From: Lama guanicoe
Taxonomy: Eukaryota
Direction of reading: 5' to 3'
DNA length: 64,000 nt
Assembly: GCA_013239625.1 (NCBI GenBank)
Contig: MU053645.1
Coordinates: 1,480,274-1,544,273 of the forward strand
The position numbers were made by a program, and so were the translations under genes. The notes under the pieces were generated by a model that was not told the DNA's origin, made no database searches, and saw only the letters and a list, made by a program, of their open reading frames with translations. Shown piece after piece: positions 26,484-39,507 of the stretch; position 1 is the stretch's first letter, and every line of letters begins with the position of its first letter.

Positions 26484-26945
26484 TGTATTAATTTACTAGG
26501 GCTCTATAATGAAATATCACAGGTTTAAACAACAGAAATGTATTTCTCACAGTTCTGGAGGCTGAGAAGTTCAAAATCAAGGCGCTAGGAAGGTAGGTTT
26601 CATTCTGAGGCCTCTTCTCTTGGCTAGTAGACAACCTCCATCTCTCTGTGTGCTCCCATGAGCTCTTTGTGCACATGCATGAAGAGGAGGGAGGACAGAG
26701 AAAGATAGAAAGTGAGGAAGGAGGAGAGAGAGGGAAAAAACCACACAAGCACAAGAGCGCTCAAGCTGCCTAATTCCAACCAATCAGGGCCGGAGGAGAG
26801 AGAGGGAAAAAACCACACAAGCACAAGAGCGCTCAAGCTGCCTAATTCCAACCAATCAGGGCCCTGCCCTTACGACCTCATTTAACCTTAATTAGTTCCT
26901 CGTGGGCACAGCAACATTGGGAGTTAGGACTTCAACATACGAATT
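26484..26945 (-). mobile_element. MaLR solo LTR (MLT1A/B/C-like)
   Basis: tgtattaatttactagggct...aaacaacagaaatgtatttctcacagttctggaggctgagaagttcaaaatcaagg...gttaggacttcaacatacgaatt. Confidence 0.82.
26720..26863. repeat. Perfect 72-bp tandem duplication
   Basis: ggaggagagagagggaaaaaaccacacaagcacaagagcgctcaagctgcctaattccaaccaatcagggcc at 26720-26791 and 26792-26863. Confidence 0.95.
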
Positions 26946-27264
26946 ACCCTTAGTGATGTGGACTAAAACTCCCATCTGCCAAACCCATTTATATCCCTAT
27001 CTTATGAGTAGACAAAAGTAACTTCTGGTCTGATTGAATGTGACAAGATAAAGAGGTACCCTTATCTCAAGCTGTCTCCCCCACTGACCTACCACTCACC
27101 CTCCAAACCCAATATCAGCATTATTTCTTTAAGTGAAGTTTACCTCGTTCAAAGGTCCAGGTCAAACTATAAATCCATTAAACAGAAGAGCTGCACTTTA
27201 CCCTATTGGCAGAAAGCTCCCTAGGTCTAGAGGGCACAGCCCAACGTGTCCTTGACAGCAAACA

Positions 27265-27495
27265 CAGGGTAGTAGCTAAGAGCATGGACTCTCAGCCAGG
27301 CTGCCACTTACCCAGCTCTCTGATCTTAAACAAGTCATTTAACCTCCCCGTGCTTCAGTTTTCCCAAGCATAAAATTGGGTGAAACCTAGTAACTTACTT
27401 CCTAGGGTTGTTACAAAGATTAACCTAATATATGCCAAGCACTTAAAACAGAGCCCAGTACACAGTAAGCACTTGATGGGCATTAATTATCATTT
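27265..27495 (+). mobile_element. MIR SINE
   Basis: caagtcatttaacctccccgtgcttcagttttccc...tagggttgttacaaagattaa...cagtaagcact. Confidence 0.75.
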
Positions 27496-28329
27496 AATCA
27501 TAAAGATTTGAGAGAATTTTGTATTCTATTCCAGAATATACTCAAATTGGTTGCCACCAAGAAAAAGTGACAGTCCAGAAGGAGGCTATGCATACCCCTG
27601 CCACCCTGTCATGTACATCTAGACTTTGCAAAGTCCAGTTTGAAAAGCACGGAGCCAAGGACAACCTTGGGAAATAGAGGAAAAGCCACTGAGGAGCACA
27701 AACTCAGGCAAAGGAAAGAGATCCGAAAAAAAGCTGGCTGCTGGAGCATTGTCCAGAAAGGACCAGTCTAGATGAAACAACGGGACATGAGGGAGGCAGT
27801 GTAAGGGCACTGTGCACATGGGAATAGAGGAGTGCTTAGAGAGTGCGAAACATCTGTCTAGTGAGTCCCAATTTCTAAGTTTCTCTGAGGCAGAAAGATG
27901 TTTCAGCAGTCCCCAGACCTGCTCTGCCTGAAACAGGGGCATGAGCTTTACCTAAAACATCCAGAATACTGGAGAGTTTGCAAAAAAAAAAAAAAGGCCA
28001 TTCTCTCTTCCCAGAACAAAGCCATGCAATGTAGCAATAGCAGCCAGGACACTGTCGTCCTTCATTCAGGAACAACAAACGAAATTATCCTTAGGAGACA
28101 CAAGCCCATGTATAATAGACTAATGGGCAAAATATTTACCAGGCAGTAGGCCTTTTGCTCAGTTATGGAAATAAGTTGAAGCAAGGGAAGAAAGAATTAA
28201 AAACAGCTGTTGTTTTCTTTCTCCTGTGTTGACCAAGAGGAAACAATTTTTCAAGTGATTAAATATAAATAAATAAATGACTCTACAGCTATATTTTGCT
28301 CCCACTGCAGAAACAGCCTCCACACTTAC

Positions 28330-28442
28330 GTTTCTTATTGTTTCATCGTCCTGAATACATGTAATTATTTTAGGTCCGGTATTATCTGTTTCGTACAAAC
28401 AGCAGAGTATCTTTCTGAACTTTTGTCCTCTACCACAAGGAC
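28330..28442 (-). other. Candidate internal exon (113 nt) of an unidentified minus-strand transcript
   Basis: Minus strand: ctttcacttcctgctgttctgtggattttatttttggtag|GTCCTTGTGG...AATAAGAAAC|gtaagt; long pyrimidine tract, consensus donor, non-repeat sequence retaining several CpGs. Confidence 0.55.
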
Positions 28443-28570
28443 CTACCAAAAATAAAATCCACAGAACAGCAGGAAGTGAAAGGAGGCTCGTATGTCTGGT
28501 GCAAAATTTTCCGGGGAAAGGCTACATCCCCAGTCTCTCTCTGCCCCCACCATGCACGTGGGCACAGAAA

Positions 28571-28621
28571 CGCAAGCGCGCGCATGTGCGCGCACGCAAA
28601 CACGCACACATACACACACAC
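28571..28621. repeat. Alternating purine-pyrimidine (CG/CA) tract
   Basis: cgcaagcgcgcgcatgtgcgcgcacgcaaacacgcacacatacacacacac. Confidence 0.85.
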
Positions 28622-29019
28622 TCAAGAGCCATATACTTCCCTCAGGACTTGAGAAAGGAACATAATGACAGATCCTCAAACTCCTTCCACTGCATGATGC
28701 TTGGGCTGTACTGCAGGGATGCAGTCGCCGCCCACACACAGCCTGGAAAGCAACCGACTCGCCTTAGAACTGCCTTGAGAGCCATATGTGCATCAGTTGC
28801 AAAGCCAACTATGATTTCCTCCTGGGCACATGGTTCAATATATGTTTTTGCACAGGCAGGCGTGGACGTGAAAGTGATTTTTCAAGAACTCAGATATCCA
28901 TATTTAGACACATAGCAGTGCTACAGAACTTTCTATTGAGAGGGAGACATCTTGTGGATTATCTCAGAACTGAACCCTTCTGGAAGGCAAGCCGGTGACC
29001 GAAACAGCACCACTGATGG

Positions 29020-29260
29020 TAACAGCAGCCGCACTTTTCTAAGCACTTCCTATATGCCAGGCTTAAGTCTAGAAACTTTACCTTGATTGTCTCTCTTAAA
29101 TCCTCAGGGTAAATCTGGGAAGTAGGGATTGTTTTTATCATAATGCAGCTAGGGAAAATGAGGCTCGGAGAGATTATATAACTTACCCAAAGCCTCACAT
29201 CTGGTAACTGGAAGAGCCAGGATTCAGATGCAGGCTTTCCTGGCTCGAAAGTTACCTTGC
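29020..29260 (-). mobile_element. MIR SINE
   Basis: aagcacttcctatatgccagg...gggaaaatgaggctcggagagattatataacttacccaaag...gagccaggattc. Confidence 0.75.
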
Positions 29261-30731
29261 TTTCCTTATGTTATAAAACCACCACTATATTTAGCAGAAG
29301 TATGAGAACTGACGCTGCAGGGTTCATTGGTTAAGAGTGCAGGCTCTGACGCCACACTGCCTGAGTTTGATTCCAGCTCTGTTGGATGGCGTTGACAGGA
29401 GACACATCCAGGTGAAGCTGCTGCCTCATTTCCTCCCCTTTTTGGTAATATGACCAAGAGCCGGCTCAGCTGCACTGAACCTGGCTGCAGAGAGATAAGG
29501 TTTTTGGCAAATGTCACCACTCCAGGTAGGCAAGGCTGTTCCTATGGCCTTCAGTATGCAGTTCCTGGTTCCAGATGCCTGTTCCCTGGTGTGGCCCCTA
29601 GGCTGGGAGATCCTTTTATATATTTCTTGTCTTAAAAAACTAGGTTCAATTTTTTTAAAAATAGGTGTTTCCTAGCTCCTCTTTAGGCTAACCTATAAAT
29701 ATGTAATGCGAGTTAGGGACAGGTCTCACTCTCACACTTGGAGTGCTCTCTGCCCCAAGTCTAGTGTGCTGGGCCAGACAGACCCCAACCCTGCTGGAAC
29801 CTTGTCCACACGAACATCAATGCATATAGAACATCTATGCCTGGCCTGTGTCGTGGCATGATGAGAGTTCAACGGACTGCATGTATTCTGCTGCTGCTTT
29901 GTAAATCTCATCCATACAGAAACCCTATGTTATATCTGTACCATGTGGTACTAGCAGTACATGTCCATGACCCTCTTGTGTGACAGATCTTGAATGTGTT
30001 ACTTAACCTTCCTATGCCTTGGTTCCCTCCTCTGTAAAAGGGGTGATACAAGAGTATCCCATAGGAAGGGTTGTTAAGTGAATTAATAAGTATACAGAAC
30101 TCACAGTGTTTGGACCAGAGTAGGAATCAACAAACATTAGCAATTGTTGTGGCTATATACAGAGTAGGAATGGATCTTAGAGGTTACCGAGTTCAGCCCT
30201 CTCACTTTATAGATGAGGAAACAGAAGCCTAGAAAATAGAAGGAAATTTGAACACGTGGACACAACTACTTAGTGCGAGGATGAAGCAAGACCCCAGATC
30301 TTTCTCTCCTAGTCCAATGGGATTCAAAATGTTTGCATGGAAACAGAACTTTGTAAGTTGAGTCCTAACACCCTATGAGTGCGCTACTTAAAAGAATCCT
30401 TAATAAGTTCTTAGGCAATGTGATGAGCACCTCTCGCTTACCCTTACCCCTCTTCCCGGTCAGATCTTCCCCATCCTTAAAAGCCCACTTCAAAACATCA
30501 CCTTCAAGAAGCCTTTCCTCTCTCGAGTCTCCCTCCCCTCCCCTTCTCTGGATTCTTGCAGCGCTTATCATTTCTGCTACACCATTTAGCACTTAATACT
30601 CTCTTGTACTCTCTCGGAATGTTTCATGCTGTTAATCTCATCTGTCCAGCCAGACTGTAGGTTCCCCAAGGGTAGGGAACATGTCCTCTTCTTCATCTGT
30701 ATTTACACAGGCCCTAGAGTTAAGCTGAGAG

Positions 30732-31065
30732 TCTTTTGTTAGATGTTCATTATTTTTTTTTTACTAGTTTTTATATACATACACATTTTATCAAAGCAAA
30801 GTACACCTGGGCATGCCAAACAGAAAGCTAGATGTACACAATGCCAAAAAACACATGTGATTCATTCAGGCACTTACTCAGGATGGTCCTTTGATACTGG
30901 GGCTGGGTTTCAGGCTGTGTTTATACAAATGCCCCCCACTCCCAGGAAATTCCCTTCTTCTATAAATTCTGTCCATTCAATGCTTTTTGACATTTTCAAA
31001 ATACAGTGTCAGGCTCTTTTCCAAACACTATATATATATGTATACACTATACTATACTATATATG

Positions 31066-31109
<44 letters not shown>

Positions 31110-31625
31110 CATTCATTTAATCCCTACATTAAAACAGGTGCTACGATTATCTCCATTTTACAAATGGGAAAACCAAAGTTCAAAGTGATAAGTAACTTGT
31201 TCCAGATTACACAGCTAATAAGTGATAGAATCAAAATTCAAATCCAAGCAAATCTGGTTCTAGAGCCCACACTTTTAACCACTCTGCCATCGTGCCTCTG
31301 ACCTTCACACTGATCCTCAGTGGTGTTTGTGCCATCTGTCTTCTACAAAGCAGAAGACAAAATATTTTCAGTGGTAAAGCAAATGAGAAAAACCAAATAT
31401 CCAAAGTTACAATATGCCTACACAACGCCATGACAACAGAAAAGGGAGGAAGAAAGTGGGTCAATAATAATGAGTACTGCCATTAGGGAGCACCTGCTAA
31501 ATGCCAGGCACTGAGCGCTTTATGTGCATTATCTCTTTTAGTCCTTACAACAGCCCTGTGAGATTATGTTGTTATCTCCACTTTTTTAGATGAGGAAATT
31601 GAGGTTTACAACGTCTACACACACA

Positions 31626-31666
<41 letters not shown>

Positions 31667-32190
31667 ACTGATGAGTTTCAAGATATCTTTCCTTAAGGAA
31701 AGAATAAAATAGTGAAAAATTATGAGACAATAAAAGAAAAAAATCAGGTGAGACCATAGAAGTGGTACCTTAAATTACAAATANNNNNNNNNNNNNNNNN
31801 NNNNNNNNNNNNNNNNNNNNNNNNNNNNNNNNNNNNNNNNNNNNNNNNNNNNNNNNTCTCTTGGTAGATGTTCATTATTTTTTTTTTACTAGTTTTTATA
31901 TACATACACATTTTATCAAAGCAAAGTACACCTGGGCATGCCAAACAGAAAGCTAGATGTACACAATGCCAAAAAACACATGTGATTCATTCAGGCACTT
32001 ACTCAGGATGGTCCTTTGATACTGGGGCTGGGTTTCAGGCTGTGTTTATACAAATGCCCCCCACTCCCAGGAAATTCCCTTCTTCTATAAATTCTGTCCA
32101 TTCAATGCTTTTTGACATTTTCAAAATACAGTGTCAGGCTCTTTTCCAAACACTATATATATATGTATACACTATACTATACTATATATG

Positions 32191-32234
<44 letters not shown>

Positions 32235-32738
32235 CATTCATTTAATCCCTACATTAAAACAGGTGCTACGATTATCTCCATTTTACAAATGGGAAAACCA
32301 AAGTTCAAAGTGATAAGTAACTTGTTCCAGATTACACAGCTAATAAGTGATAGAATCAAAATTCAAATCCAAGCAAATCTGGTTCTAGAGCCCACACTTT
32401 TAACCACTCTGCCATCGTGCCTCTGACCTTCACACTGATCCTCAGTGGTGTTTGTGCCATCTGTCTTCTACAAAGCAGAAGACAAAATATTTTCAGTGGT
32501 AAAGCAAATGAGAAAAACCAAATATCCAAAGTTACAATATGCCTACACAACGCCATGACAACAGAAAAGGGAGGAAGAAAGTGGGTCAATAATAATGAGT
32601 ACTGCCATTAGGGAGCACCTGCTAAATGCCAGGCACTGAGCGCTTTATGTGCATTATCTCTTTTAGTCCTTACAACAGCCCTGTGAGATTATGTTGTTAT
32701 CTCCACTTTTTTAGATGAGGAAATTGAGGTTTACAACG

Positions 32739-32791
<53 letters not shown>

Positions 32792-32908
32792 ACTGATGAG
32801 TTTCAAGATATCTTTCCTTAAGGAAAGAATAAAATAGTGAAAAATTATGAGACAATAAAAGAAAAAAATCAGGTGAGACCATAGAAGTGGTACCTTAAAT
32901 TACAAATA
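30732..32908. repeat. ~1.05-kb near-identical direct duplication flanking an assembly gap (probable artefact)
   Basis: 30732-31783 is repeated at 31857-32908 (offset 1125); the copies are separated only by the N-run 31784-31856; the ORF track is duplicated identically. Confidence 0.9.
31784..31856. other. Assembly gap (N run)
   Basis: 73 N. Confidence 1.
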
Positions 32909-33173
32909 ATTGAATTTTGGAGGCACTAGTTTAGTGTAAAGTGCACATAAGGTCTGAAATCAGTAGACCAGGGTTCAAATACCTAGTTTGCTACTTACAA
33001 GCTGTGTGCTGTTGAGCATATTTCTTCACCTCTCTGAGCCTCAGTCTTGTCATCTACAGGTTAGAGGAAACAAGATTGTTGTGAGAGTTAAATAATATAT
33101 ATATACACACACACACAGTCTATGATTTATAATACCTAGCACATAATAAGAGTTCAAGAAAACCTGATTCTGT

Positions 33174-33360
33174 GGGGAGGGAATAGCTCGGTGATAGAGT
33201 GTGAGTTTAGCATGCACGAGGTGCTGAGTTCAATGCCCAGTACCTCCACTTAAAAATAAATAAATAAAAACCTAATTACCCCCCAAAAAAACAACAAGAA
33301 AAGAATTTTAAAGTGTACAAAATCAATAAGACAGCTCAAAAATTTTTTTTCTAAGAAAAT
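33174..33360 (+). mobile_element. tRNA-derived camelid SINE (Vic-1-like)
   Basis: ggggagggaatagctcggtgatagagtgtgagtttagcatgcacgaggtgctgagttcaatgcccagtacctcc + aaacctaattacccccc tail; TSD aaaacctg(a/g)ttc at 33159-33170 and 33361-33372. Confidence 0.9.
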
Positions 33361-34090
33361 AAAACCTGGTTCCCTTCTCCCTAAGCCTAATAGTGTTCTT
33401 TTACCTAAATCATTCATTGGTGCTCAAAGCTGAGCCCAAAAAGAGAACATTCAAACTCTGACTGGTGCTTTCAAGCTGACAGCCTCATTGCTTAAAGTGC
33501 TAGATACAGCAAATTTAGATCTTCTAAGATAATTATGTTCAAGCTTTGATATTTAGGTATAAAGTGATTTTAGCTGAAAGTGAGGCCAGACAGAGAAAAT
33601 TTTCAAATCTGAACCTGGCTCTGGACAGGAAATCACAGAATTGTCTTTCTCTTTGGAGATTTGTCTGTTGGTTTTCATCAAGCTTTCCACAGCTGTGTGA
33701 GTTCACTGGCACTCATGCAATGGTAGCTATTTGCTTTTCAGTAAAATCCTCACACAGATAACAGAAAAGCATCAAGAACTGAAAGGGTAGAATTCTGACC
33801 ACTTTGGGCTTGTTTTTAGTCCCTTTGCGGCATCATTTGAAACTCTGATTTGCTTAGGAAACAAGTCAGAATAATAGCTTTCATGTGTGGAGTGCTTTCA
33901 CCTTTACCATTTCAGTCTGACTCCATCTCCCTTGCAGGGGTCCAGTAAAAACCTCTGCTGGGAGACTCTGTCACCCAAAACATCAAGAGATGCCATACCC
34001 CAAGGAGCAAGCAGAGCTGAGAATTAGGTGAGGAGTTGTGTCTTTTAAGTCAAGCAAATCAAGGAAAGATCACCAAAACGTATGCAGCTG

Positions 34091-34228
34091 TATATCTGGA
34101 GGAAACTCTAATTCGAAAAGATACCTGCACCCCAATGTTCATTGCAGCACTATTTATAATAGCCAAAACATGGAAACAACCTAAGTGTCCATCAGCAGAT
34201 GACTGGATAAAGAAGTTGTAGTATAGTA

Positions 34229-34277
<49 letters not shown>

Positions 34278-34754
34278 ATATATATATTTATATATATATA
34301 TATAATGGAATATTACTTGGCCATAAAAAAGAATAAAATAATACCATTTGCAGAAACATGGATGGACCTAGAGATTATCATATTAAGTGAAGCAGGTCAG
34401 ATAGAAGGACAAATATCATATGATATCACTTATATGTGGGATCTAAAAAATGATTAAAAAATGGACTTATTTACAAAACAGAAATAGACTCACAGACATA
34501 GAAAACAAACTTACGGTTATCAAAGGGGAAAAGAGGGGATGGAGAAATTAGGAGTTTGGGATTTGCAGATACTACTCCTATATATAAAATAAACAACAAG
34601 GACTACTGTATAGCACAGGGAACTACATTCATTATTTTGTAATAACTTATAATGAAAAAGAATATGAAAAAGAATATACATATGTATAACTGAATCACCA
34701 TGCTGTACACTAGAAACTAACACAACATTGTAAATGAACTACACTTCAATTTAA
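34091..34754 (+). mobile_element. 5'-truncated L1 (ORF2 C-terminus + 3'UTR) with TSD and an internal (TG)/(TA) microsatellite
   Basis: ORF 34036-34221 contains DTCTPMFIAALFIIAKTWKQPKCPSADDWIKKL; TSD aaaacgtatgcagctg (34075-34090) / aaaacctctgcagctg (34755-34770). Confidence 0.9.
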
Positions 34755-35424
34755 AAAACCTCTGCAGCTGAATACAGACATTTTTTAAAAGAAGAACAAT
34801 GCCAGAAATTGGAGGGCCAGTCATATGAGAGTAGGGTAGAGGGACAACAATGGAGGGGGTTGCTGGACCTGGAGAAATGAATGGGAAAAGTCCTGTTTTC
34901 ATGGCTGGGTTTAAAGGGCTAGGACCAAATTTTTTTTTTTATTAGATTCTTCTCACTGTTTCAGTTGTTTTCAACATCCCAAAATGTTGTATATTCAGTA
35001 GAGATGTAATAATACTGAGCCACCAGAACTCCAGTCTTATGCAGTATCACTTGGCTTTGAGCTCCTTGAAATCAAGGACTGTGTCTCATTTCATACTTAA
35101 CCAGCCACCAGGCTCAAGTCTGCTGGTCCCCTATCTTTCCAGAAATCTCACTCTCTACTTCTACCATACATGCCAAACATACATCTCCACCTGGATGGTG
35201 CATGGGCACTTCAAACTCCTTAAGTTCAAAGCTAAACTTATTATATCCACCACAAGAGAAACCTGTTCCTCTTCCTCTGTTGCCTGTCAAGCATAAACCA
35301 CCACCCCAATCCAGTGGTTTGTGTTAGAAACCTAGGAGTCATCTTCAAATGTTCTCTCTCCTTTACCTACTATTTCCAAGCAGTCTGTCAACTCCACCTT
35401 CCAAAGCCACCAGTCAATACCCTC

Positions 35425-35470
<46 letters not shown>
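35425..35470. repeat. (CT)n(CA)n compound microsatellite
   Basis: ctctctct...cacacacaca. Confidence 0.95.
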
Positions 35471-36009
35471 ATAGTTCTCAAAAGTAACTGTGCACCAGAA
35501 TCAACTGGGAGGAGACTTTTTTAAATGAAATTGCTTAGACTCCACTCCAGTCCTACTGACCCAGATTGTGTAGGGACGGATCTGAAACCTAGATTTTTAT
35601 AAGCTCCCCAGGTGATTAGAAGGCTTATGGTCCAAGGGTCAAGCTTTGAGAATCACTGTCCTAATCCACTCTGTTCTCTCCAGTCCCCCTTCCATTGTCT
35701 TAGTTCAGGAATTCCTCATCTCTCATCTATAGACTTTAAGGCTCATGAGAGTAGGAACCACGGTTGTTTTGATCACTATTGTATCCCCAGTGCCTACCTA
35801 GCATGGTACCTGGCACACTGAAAGCCCTCAAAACACTTCCGTGGAATGAACGAATAAACTAGGGTGAGGAGGCAGCAGCAAAATAGTCAGGATAGAATTT
35901 TAAACACCTTATTTCCATTAAGTTTTTTTAAAATTCAATTTAGCCAAGGATAGATCTTATCTAATTATAGTCCTACAAAGCACATTTTACCCAAGAATCT
36001 CAACATTCC

Positions 36010-36395
36010 ATGTATGTTGGTTAGGATCATGCTAGCTGCTGTAACAAATAAACCTAGTGGCTTAACACAATAGAAATGAACTTCTTGCTCACCTAACAGT
36101 CCAGTATGGATGTTCCTGGTCAGCAGGTGACTTTTCAGATGGGAACACAGGTACCCAGGCTCTTGTGGCTCTTCCATCTTCATTGCACTTAATTCCAAGG
36201 TCACTATAGTCTGTATCAAGAAATGATATAGAATGAACACCTGCTTCTAAAAGTGACACATTTCACTTCTGCTCACATTCCATCAGTGAGTGTTAGTCAT
36301 ATGGCCCCACGCAGATGCAAAGAGAGCTCAGAAATGTAAGCCATAGAGATGGGGAATACTAATTTCTTGGTGGTTCATTAGCCATCTTTGCTACA
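36010..36395 (-). mobile_element. MaLR solo LTR (old MLT1)
   Basis: tgtatgttggttaggat...gctgctgtaacaaataaacctagtggcttaacacaatag...cacttctgctcacattccat...gccatctttgctaca. Confidence 0.75.
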
Positions 36396-38094
36396 CAATA
36401 TAAGCTGGTAAACTGACTCTGCAAATCCACTTAGCCAGGATATTTAATTGAACTTTAACCTTAGGGACAACTTACCAAAAGATTTTCATTTCAGAGATTG
36501 GCAGCATGGTTTAACTGTACCAGAAGGAATAGAGAGTTGTTTTAGGGCAGAGAATGTCCCTGAGGAGCTTAGCTAGGAACAGAACCAAGAGCCAGATGAG
36601 CTAAAGGTGCCAATTGGCTCACCTCTCCTAGTTTGCTCTGCATCTCCTTGCTGGCAAACTCGATGAAAACACAAAATACCGTTATTTCCAAATGCGGGCT
36701 TTTGACCTCAGAGCTCCAAATCCCTTCTCAGGGAGAGGGGGTGATTTAATGCCCGAATGGCAGCTCAGCTAAGACAAAGAGTTTGCATCTAAAAGATACC
36801 CCTAGAAGGTTACAATGGCACAAATTCATCTCCATCAAGATTTTGCTGCCTGAACACACATGCAAAAAAAAAAAAAGCTGTTTGGCTATATTTGTGCCAA
36901 TCTTCTAAACTATCATAGAAAACCTCTGGGGGCAGAGACATTTAATCATTCTGGAACAGAATGGCTTTGGGGGACAGCATGTCTTTGGGTCTATTTCTAT
37001 TCAAAGTCTTAAAGTGCCTCAAGTGCCTGGCTGGCCTGATGGATTAGGTACTGAACCCTACGGCTCTTGAGGTCAATGATTTATGGCAGCTGAAAGCTGT
37101 GAAATGTCATTCTGCTGAGAGGGCCATGCAGCCTTCAGTCGATAGAATTAGCAGACACTTGAACACGTATTTTAGCACCAGCTTCTAGGCCCTCTATAGA
37201 TATTCAACACACCCAGATGTAAGCTTCCCCCGAAGGACCATCAGAGCCTCCGCGGCAACCAGAGCCAAGGCTAGCCTAGCTACATTGCCATATTTCTGAT
37301 GTTGCACAAAATAATGCAACCAATGGAGACCTTGTTATAGATCTTCACTCTTCCTAATTCCAGTAAATGAACAATGTTTGAAGGTGAGGGAAGAACTAGA
37401 AGTGGATTAGGAACCCAGACTCAATGACCACTCCCAAAACTCTTCAAGTCATTGAAAGAAGAGCCCAGTTCCATTTCCCAACCTTCCTGGCCCAAGTGGA
37501 TCTAGCTCAGCCACATAAGCTTGAGTCAGAATGGAAGAGCCTTGCTCCTGGGGTGTCATCTCCTTGTCATCTGCCCCCACATCTGGGAAAGGAATCCAGG
37601 CTAACCCACCCACCTCTTGCTGGGCCACTCTGTCCCTCCCACTAGCATTCCTGATCCTTTAGCTCAGCTTGGCCTCCAGATTCAAATTCCCTGGGCTCCC
37701 TCATTTAACAATCTGTTCTGGTCTTGCCTTTTGGGCTCAGTACCACTCTCTTTTGCTCTGTTCCCTCCAGTCCCAACCACAGTTCTTCACTTGGCTCTGA
37801 GCATCACACAGCACACTTTGGAGTTACCGGCCCTGGTATTATGGGACCAACTGGCACCACTCTCCCACCCAGAGAAGGGAAATAGACACCTCTCGTCAGT
37901 ACACACAGAAAAATATCTCACTGAGCACGTTACCACACAGGAGGGTCAGTGGCTGCCCCATCTCAGCCCCTTCCCAGATGTTTGGAATAAGCATTCAACT
38001 ACCAATATACCATCCCATCCCATCTTGTCTTTTCCCCAGCACCAGGCCAAGGTGCCAGAAACCTTCATAATATAATCAGGCACTAGGTCACCAC

Positions 38095-38580
38095 TGAATT
38101 AATAAGTATCTATTGCTGCCTAACAAATGATCCAAATGCTTATCACCTTAAACTACAAACCTATCACAGTTTCTGAGGGTCAGAAATCCATGAGCAGCTT
38201 AGCTGGATGGTGCTAGCTCATGGTGTCTCAGGAGATCATAGCTGTAGACCAAGGCTGCAGTCTCCTGAGGGGACTGAAGAAGCTCACACTGGAGGCTTCA
38301 GTTCCTCACCATGTGGGCTTCTCCAGGGCTGTTCACATGACATGGCACCTGGATTCTCCCAGAGCAAGTGGTCTGAGAGAGAAAGAGAGATAGTCCTCAG
38401 GATGGAAGCCATGGTCTTTTCATAAGCTAATCTTGGAAGTGATAGTCCATTATTTCTGTTCATCAGAAGCAAGTCACAAAGACCAGCCCACATTCCAGGG
38501 GAAGGGAGCTAGGCTCCACCTCTTGAAAGGAGGAGTATGCAAGAATTTGAGTACATGGCATTAAAACCACTACAACCACC
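38095..38580 (-). mobile_element. MaLR solo LTR (MLT1 family)
   Basis: tatctattgctgcctaacaaat...cacagtttctgagggtcagaaatcc...gcagcttagctggatgg...ggctccacctcttgaaaggagg...aaaccactaca. Confidence 0.78.
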
Positions 38581-39507
38581 AAACACCTCTGAAAGGGAAG
38601 ACAAGCCTTTCTCCGGACCCCTTCTGCTGACTTCTATTGGGTACTCAGGACATCTCTGTTCTCTTTAGAGCTTGGGTGCCCAGTGATGGGGAAAGCTTTC
38701 CCCTCTATTTCAGCCAGTTTGTGAGTTCCAGCCACCTGCCTCACATACTATTGGCACCACTTCCCATAGGTCAGGCCCTGGTTTTACCACTCCCTGCTCA
38801 GTCTAAGAGTCCCTGGATTGACGTGATCTACAGCTGAGGTTTTGCTGTATCTGCCCAGTACTCCTATGGCAGGAAGAATATGACACTCTCAGATCATCTT
38901 CCCTGCACCTGCCAGACAGGCTGGGATTTGCCAGGCTTCTGTCTGGACTTCATTTCTAACTGCACAGCTCCCCTTGAAGCCAGTTCTGCTACCTTTGCTC
39001 TTCCCCCAGCATTCTGGACAAGCTTCCCACTAAATTGGCCTCTTCATTCCCCAGCTGATGAAGACAAGATGCTGAACTGGATCCTCACCAAACGGAAGGC
39101 CAACATGCACTTCCTGAACACAGAGAAGCACTGCAGGCCCTTATGGGAAAAGGTCAGAGAGCAGATCCACTTCCAGCCCACCCAGAAATATCCTTGAGAC
39201 CTGTTCCTAAGCCCAAATACCAAAGGGATGATCAGGGAGGCAACTCTTTCATGTCTGAAAAAAAAGTGTTTTCTTTAATTTATTATTTTTTAATTATGAT
39301 TTTAACTACTCTATCCCCAACCCCTAATAACACTACATTTAGCTACAGATATCAATCCATATTATATCCACATTCATGTCATATGTATTCAGATATTATC
39401 ACTTATTTATAAGTGTGTACCTATTATTTTTATTCTGATTTTTCACTTAATAGTACTTCAAAAACAAATGCCCATATATCATATAGTCCCCATGTTTGTC
39501 ATTTTTT

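Noticed and set aside
26720..26863. CRISPR-like array or SV40-type 72-bp enhancer repeat
   Set aside because: Only two contiguous units with no spacers, in eukaryotic LTR context; the length match to SV40 is coincidental and I see no sequence similarity
30743..32611. Tandemly duplicated small genes
   Set aside because: The ORFs run through (TA)n and MIR sequence, and the duplication flanks an assembly gap
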